A DNA stretch of 64,000 bases, taken from the NCBI GenBank assembly GCA_963790305.1, contig CAWBOC010000009.1:544001-608000 (forward strand). The letters run 5' to 3'. A program made the translations under genes and the position numbers. This DNA comes from an uncultured Gemmatimonadaceae bacterium. GTDB taxonomy: Bacteria > Gemmatimonadota > Gemmatimonadetes > Gemmatimonadales > Gemmatimonadaceae. The notes beneath the pieces are model-generated. The model made no database searches and had not been told where the DNA came from. It worked only from the letters and a program-made list of their open reading frames with translations. Shown piece after piece: positions 61,150 through 64,000 of the stretch (position 1 is the stretch's first letter; each line of letters starts with the position of its first letter).

Positions 61150-61903
61150 CCATCACCTCCTCCGAGCCAATGTCGAGCGTCGCACGCCCCTCGATGAATT
61201 GTCGCACGACCGGGTCCGTCGTCTGGCGAATTTCGTCGACCGACCCCACCTGCCGCACACGCCCCTCGTAGAGCATCGCAATGCGCGTTCCGACCGTGTA
61301 CGCACTGCGCATGTCGTGCGTGATGACCACGCTCGTCACGCCGAGCGTGTCGCGCATGCGAATCATGAGCTGGTCGATGACCGCACTCGTCACGGGATCC
61401 AGCCCGGTGGTCGGCTCGTCGTAGAGGATGTACTTCGGGCGGAGCGCGATCGCGCGCGCAATGCCGACTCGCTTTCGCATTCCGCCCGACAGCTCGGCCG
61501 GGAACCGGTCGCGCACGTTAGGCAGGTCGACCAGATCGAGCGCCTCGTCGATCCGTCGCTCGATCTCTCCGGCGCTGAGCTCGGACTGCTTTCGCAGCCC
61601 CATGGCGACGTTCTCCCCGATCGACAGCGAGTCGAACAGCGCCGCGAACTGAAAGACGTAGCCGATCTTGGAGCGAAGCAGGTACAGCTCGCGCCGGGTG
61701 AGCGTCGGCACCTCCTGCCCATCGACGAACACCGTGCCCCCGTCGGGCTCGAGCAGGCCGACGATGTGCTTGATCGCGACGGACTTGCCCGACCCCGAGT
61801 ATCCGATGATGACGGTCGTCTCGCTCTCGTTGACCTCGAGAGTGAAGCCGTTGAGCACGCGCTTGGGGCCGAACGCTTTGTGGACGTCGACGAGCCGGAT
61901 CAT
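61130..61903 (-). CDS. mlaF: ABC transporter ATP-binding protein, MlaF/Mkl type
   Basis: GYSGSGKS, FQFAALFDSL, LSGGMRKRVGIARA, YDEPTTGLDP. Confidence 0.85.
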   Translation of the reverse strand: MIRLVDVHKAFGPKRVLNGFTLEVNESETTVIIGYSGSGKSVAIKHIVGLLEPDGGTVFVDGQEVPTLTRRELYLLRSKIGYVFQFAALFDSLSIGENVAMGLRKQSELSAGEIERRIDEALDLVDLPNVRDRFPAELSGGMRKRVGIARAIALRPKYILYDEPTTGLDPVTSAVIDQLMIRMRDTLGVTSVVITHDMRSAYTVGTRIAMLYEGRVRQVGSVDEIRQTTDPVVRQFIEGRATLDIGSEEVMGGAIAS

Positions 61904-61940
61904 GGAATGAAGTTACTCGCGAGGAGAAGGCATCGCGAAT

Positions 61941-62072
61941 ACGATTGCGGAAAGCGGAATGCGGTTTGACTGCGCACGACCCTGAAATGTCGAGGGCTCC
62001 GAGCCGGAACTCGGAGCCCTCAATCACTTACGGTCTTACGCAGTCATTCCGCATTCCGCTTTCCGCAATCGT
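61941..62072. repeat. Long hairpin with heptamer-periodic arms (NNGCGGA / TTCCGCN) and inner GC stem
   Basis: acgattgcggaaagcggaatgcg...gagggctccgag/ctcggagccctc...cattccgcattccgctttccgcaatcgt. Confidence 0.8.
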
Positions 62073-62075
62073 TCC

Positions 62076-62963
62076 TCAGGCCGCGAAGCTTCCCAACGCG
62101 CGGCCAACGTCGCCCTCACGCAACCGCTTGAGGGCGCGATCGCGGAGCTGGCGCACCCGCTCGCGGGTGACACCCAGCATCGAACCGATCTCCTCGAGCG
62201 TGTGCTCGCGCCCACCGTCGAGACCGAAGTACAAGCGCAGTACCTTCGCGTCACGCGGCGGCAGCGTGCCGAGCGCCTGCTCGATCTCGTCGCTGAGAAA
62301 GCGGTTCATCGCTTCCTCTTCCGCATCGGGCATCTCATCGGCCACGAAGCGCTCGATGAGCGAGCGATCGCCCTCGGGATCCATCGGCGCATCGAGACGG
62401 ACGTCGCCCGTGTTGAGTGCGGCGAGCGACTGCACGACTTCCACCGACAACCCCGTCACATGCGACAGCTCTTCAGGGCTCGGCTCGCGACGCAGCCGCT
62501 GCCGAAGAATCTCCGACGCCTTGATGATGCGCGAGAGATCGGCGGTGCGGTTGAGTGGCACGCGCACGGTGCGCCCCTGCCGCGCGAGCGACGACAGGAT
62601 GGCCTGACGAATCCACCACACCGCGTACGAGATGAACTTCACCCCCTGGTCGGGGTCGAACTTCCGGGCCGCGGTGAGCAGCCCGACGTTCCCCTCCCCG
62701 ATCAGGTCGATGAGTGGCAGCCCGCGATTCTGATACTTCTTGGCGACGGAGATCACGAAGCGAAGATTCCGCTTCACGAGCTCCTGAAGCGCGTCCTGGT
62801 CACCGGCGCGAATCCTCCGCGCGACCAGCTGCTCCTCGTTGCCCTTGAGCAACGGGTAGGTGCTGACCTCGTAGAGATACTGATCCAGAATGTCGCGCTC
62901 GGGCTCGTTTGGAGCGATCCCAGCCGGGACGGCGCGCCGACGGCGACGCTTGACCTCGGTCAT
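62076..62963 (-). CDS. RNA polymerase sigma-70 factor, RpoD/SigA family lacking region 1.1
   Basis: NLRFVISVAKKY, DLIGEGNVGL, KFISYAVWWIRQAI, TLEEIG....VTRERVRQ. Confidence 0.93.
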   Translation of the reverse strand: MTEVKRRRRRAVPAGIAPNEPERDILDQYLYEVSTYPLLKGNEEQLVARRIRAGDQDALQELVKRNLRFVISVAKKYQNRGLPLIDLIGEGNVGLLTAARKFDPDQGVKFISYAVWWIRQAILSSLARQGRTVRVPLNRTADLSRIIKASEILRQRLRREPSPEELSHVTGLSVEVVQSLAALNTGDVRLDAPMDPEGDRSLIERFVADEMPDAEEEAMNRFLSDEIEQALGTLPPRDAKVLRLYFGLDGGREHTLEEIGSMLGVTRERVRQLRDRALKRLREGDVGRALGSFAA

Positions 62964-63119
62964 GTTCGAAAAACCTCGAGAGTGCTATAGGGCCAGTGGC
63001 GAAATACTCGCCACGTGACGGAAAATTTCGGTGCGCCACCACACAAAACATCACACAGTGGGGCCGGTCAAAGGCGCTGCAAGATACAGAGCTACGCCGA
63101 TTTCGCTAGTCCTGTTTCA

Positions 63120-63149
63120 TTGACATTCGACCATACCCCCCGCTACAGT
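63120..63149 (+). promoter_or_regulatory. Sigma-70-type promoter of the tRNA cluster
   Basis: TTGACA-N18-TACAGT upstream of tRNA-Ala. Confidence 0.6.
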
Positions 63150-63177
63150 TAACGGTTCCAGCCGGTGGACTAGTTCC

Positions 63178-63250
63178 GGGGGCGTAGCTCAGTTGGGAGA
63201 GCGCGTGAATGGCATTCACGAGGTCAGGGGTTCGATTCCCCTCGCCTCCA
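63178..63250 (+). tRNA. tRNA-Ala(GGC)
   Basis: Cloverleaf, G3:U70 pair, anticodon arm CGTGA-ATGGCAT-TCACG; CCA not encoded. Confidence 0.97.
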
Positions 63251-63293
63251 CTCGGCGGCCGATCCGCGCAGGTCGCTGATCGGCTGTGTCGTC

Positions 63294-63366
63294 GCGGGAA
63301 TAGCTCAGTTGGTAGAGCACAACCTTGCCAAGGTTGGGGTCGCGGGTTCGAGTCCCGTTTCCCGCT
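63294..63366 (+). tRNA. tRNA-Gly(GCC)
   Basis: GCGGGAA/TTCCCGC acceptor stem, TTGCCAA loop, U discriminator; CCA not encoded. Confidence 0.97.
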
Positions 63367-63512
63367 CTGGCGCCGCGCTGCGCACGGCGCAGGATCTCGT
63401 GGTCAGGACTCCGGGCTCAGGGGGGTGTGGGAGGTAGGTGACGACGGCCCCGACCCCTTGAACCTCAAACCCCCTGCTACCTTAACTCCTGATTCCTGAT
63501 CCCGGTTTCACA

Positions 63513-63586
63513 GGGCGGTTAGCTCAGTTGGTTAGAGCGCCACGTTGACATCGTGGAGGTCACAAGTTCGAGTCTTGTACCGCCCA
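63513..63586 (+). tRNA. tRNA-Val(GAC)
   Basis: GGGCGGT/ACCGCCC acceptor stem, CCACG-TTGACAT-CGTGG; CCA not encoded. Confidence 0.97.
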
Positions 63587-63588
63587 TT

Positions 63589-63615
63589 CCCCGCGGCTCA
63601 GCCGCGGGGTTTTTT
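63589..63615 (+). terminator. Rho-independent terminator after tRNA-Val
   Basis: ccccgcggc-tca-gccgcgggg followed by T6. Confidence 0.85.
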
Positions 63616-63797
63616 GTGCCCGCCACCCGCCACGCCGCCCCCCCCCCGCTGGCCTAACGCAGACGCCGTTCGTTTCCCAAATGCTGAACGGCGCACGATT
63701 TGCGCATTTGGTGACCAATACGCCGGGGGTCCGACGCCGGCCTCGTCTCCGCAACGCAAAGGCTCATGGACGCACGGAAACCCGCACCCCGCGTACG

Positions 63798-64000
63798 GTG
63801 AAGCGCGATCCGGTCCTGCGGCCGCTGACGTGGAGGCTTCCGCTCGTCGCCTTTCTCATCACCGGCCTGGTCGGGCTCGTCTACATCGATCGGCTGCTGA
63901 CGCGCGAATACCGTGAACAGGGAGTGACGCAGGCGGTCCAGGCGCAATCGCTGCTCGAGAGCCATCTCTATCACCGCGTCGCCCTGCTCAGCGGCGTCAC
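63798..64000 (+). CDS. Membrane protein N-terminus, possibly a sensor (3' partial)
   Basis: Open frame from GTG 63798 to the window end: MKRDPVLRPLTWRLPLVAFLITGLVGLVYIDRLL..., one TM followed by a helix. Confidence 0.55.
   Translation, partial: MKRDPVLRPLTWRLPLVAFLITGLVGLVYIDRLLTREYREQGVTQAVQAQSLLESHLYHRVALLSGV

Noticed and set aside
63766..63801. Short ORF MDARKPAPRVR overlapping the GTG of the last gene (leader peptide or fifth frameshift)
   Set aside because: Too short and truncated by the window end to judge
63178..64000. tRNA cluster as an integration site for a mobile element
   Set aside because: No integrase or duplicated tRNA 3' end is visible in the window

Overview
A GC-rich bacterial chromosome segment. 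The gene content (SusC/SusD pairs outside Bacteroidota, stand-alone plug lipoproteins, a short RpoD-type sigma factor, RicT) suggests Gemmatimonadota; this is inference. Left end: dnaE 3' end, accA, ricT/PSP1, metG, an M23 peptidase and a LemA/TPM/nucleotidyltransferase block. 8954-20928 (minus strand) is a 10-gene operon resembling the myxobacterial Agl-Glt trans-envelope machine: an AglRQS-like motor, a GltG-like TonB-type protein, a GltF-like protein and two large TPR proteins. It is headed by two YjbH/GfcD-like beta-barrels with long C-terminal coiled coils instead of GltA/B/H, and is the best candidate for an undescribed system. The middle holds dsbA-like, waaA, EAL and response-regulator genes, then four SusC/SusD pairs in an A-B-A-B pattern, two barrel-less plug+TonB-C fusion proteins and no recognisable glycoside hydrolases. 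Right end: atpAGDC alone behind a promoter overlapping a Rex-like operator, AraC, NUDIX, mlaF-like and sigma-70 genes, and tRNA-Ala/Gly/Val. Four genes each carry a single extra base, probably assembly errors. Several intergenic regions hold 7-nt-periodic long hairpins. All family assignments come from motif recognition by eye, not database searches.
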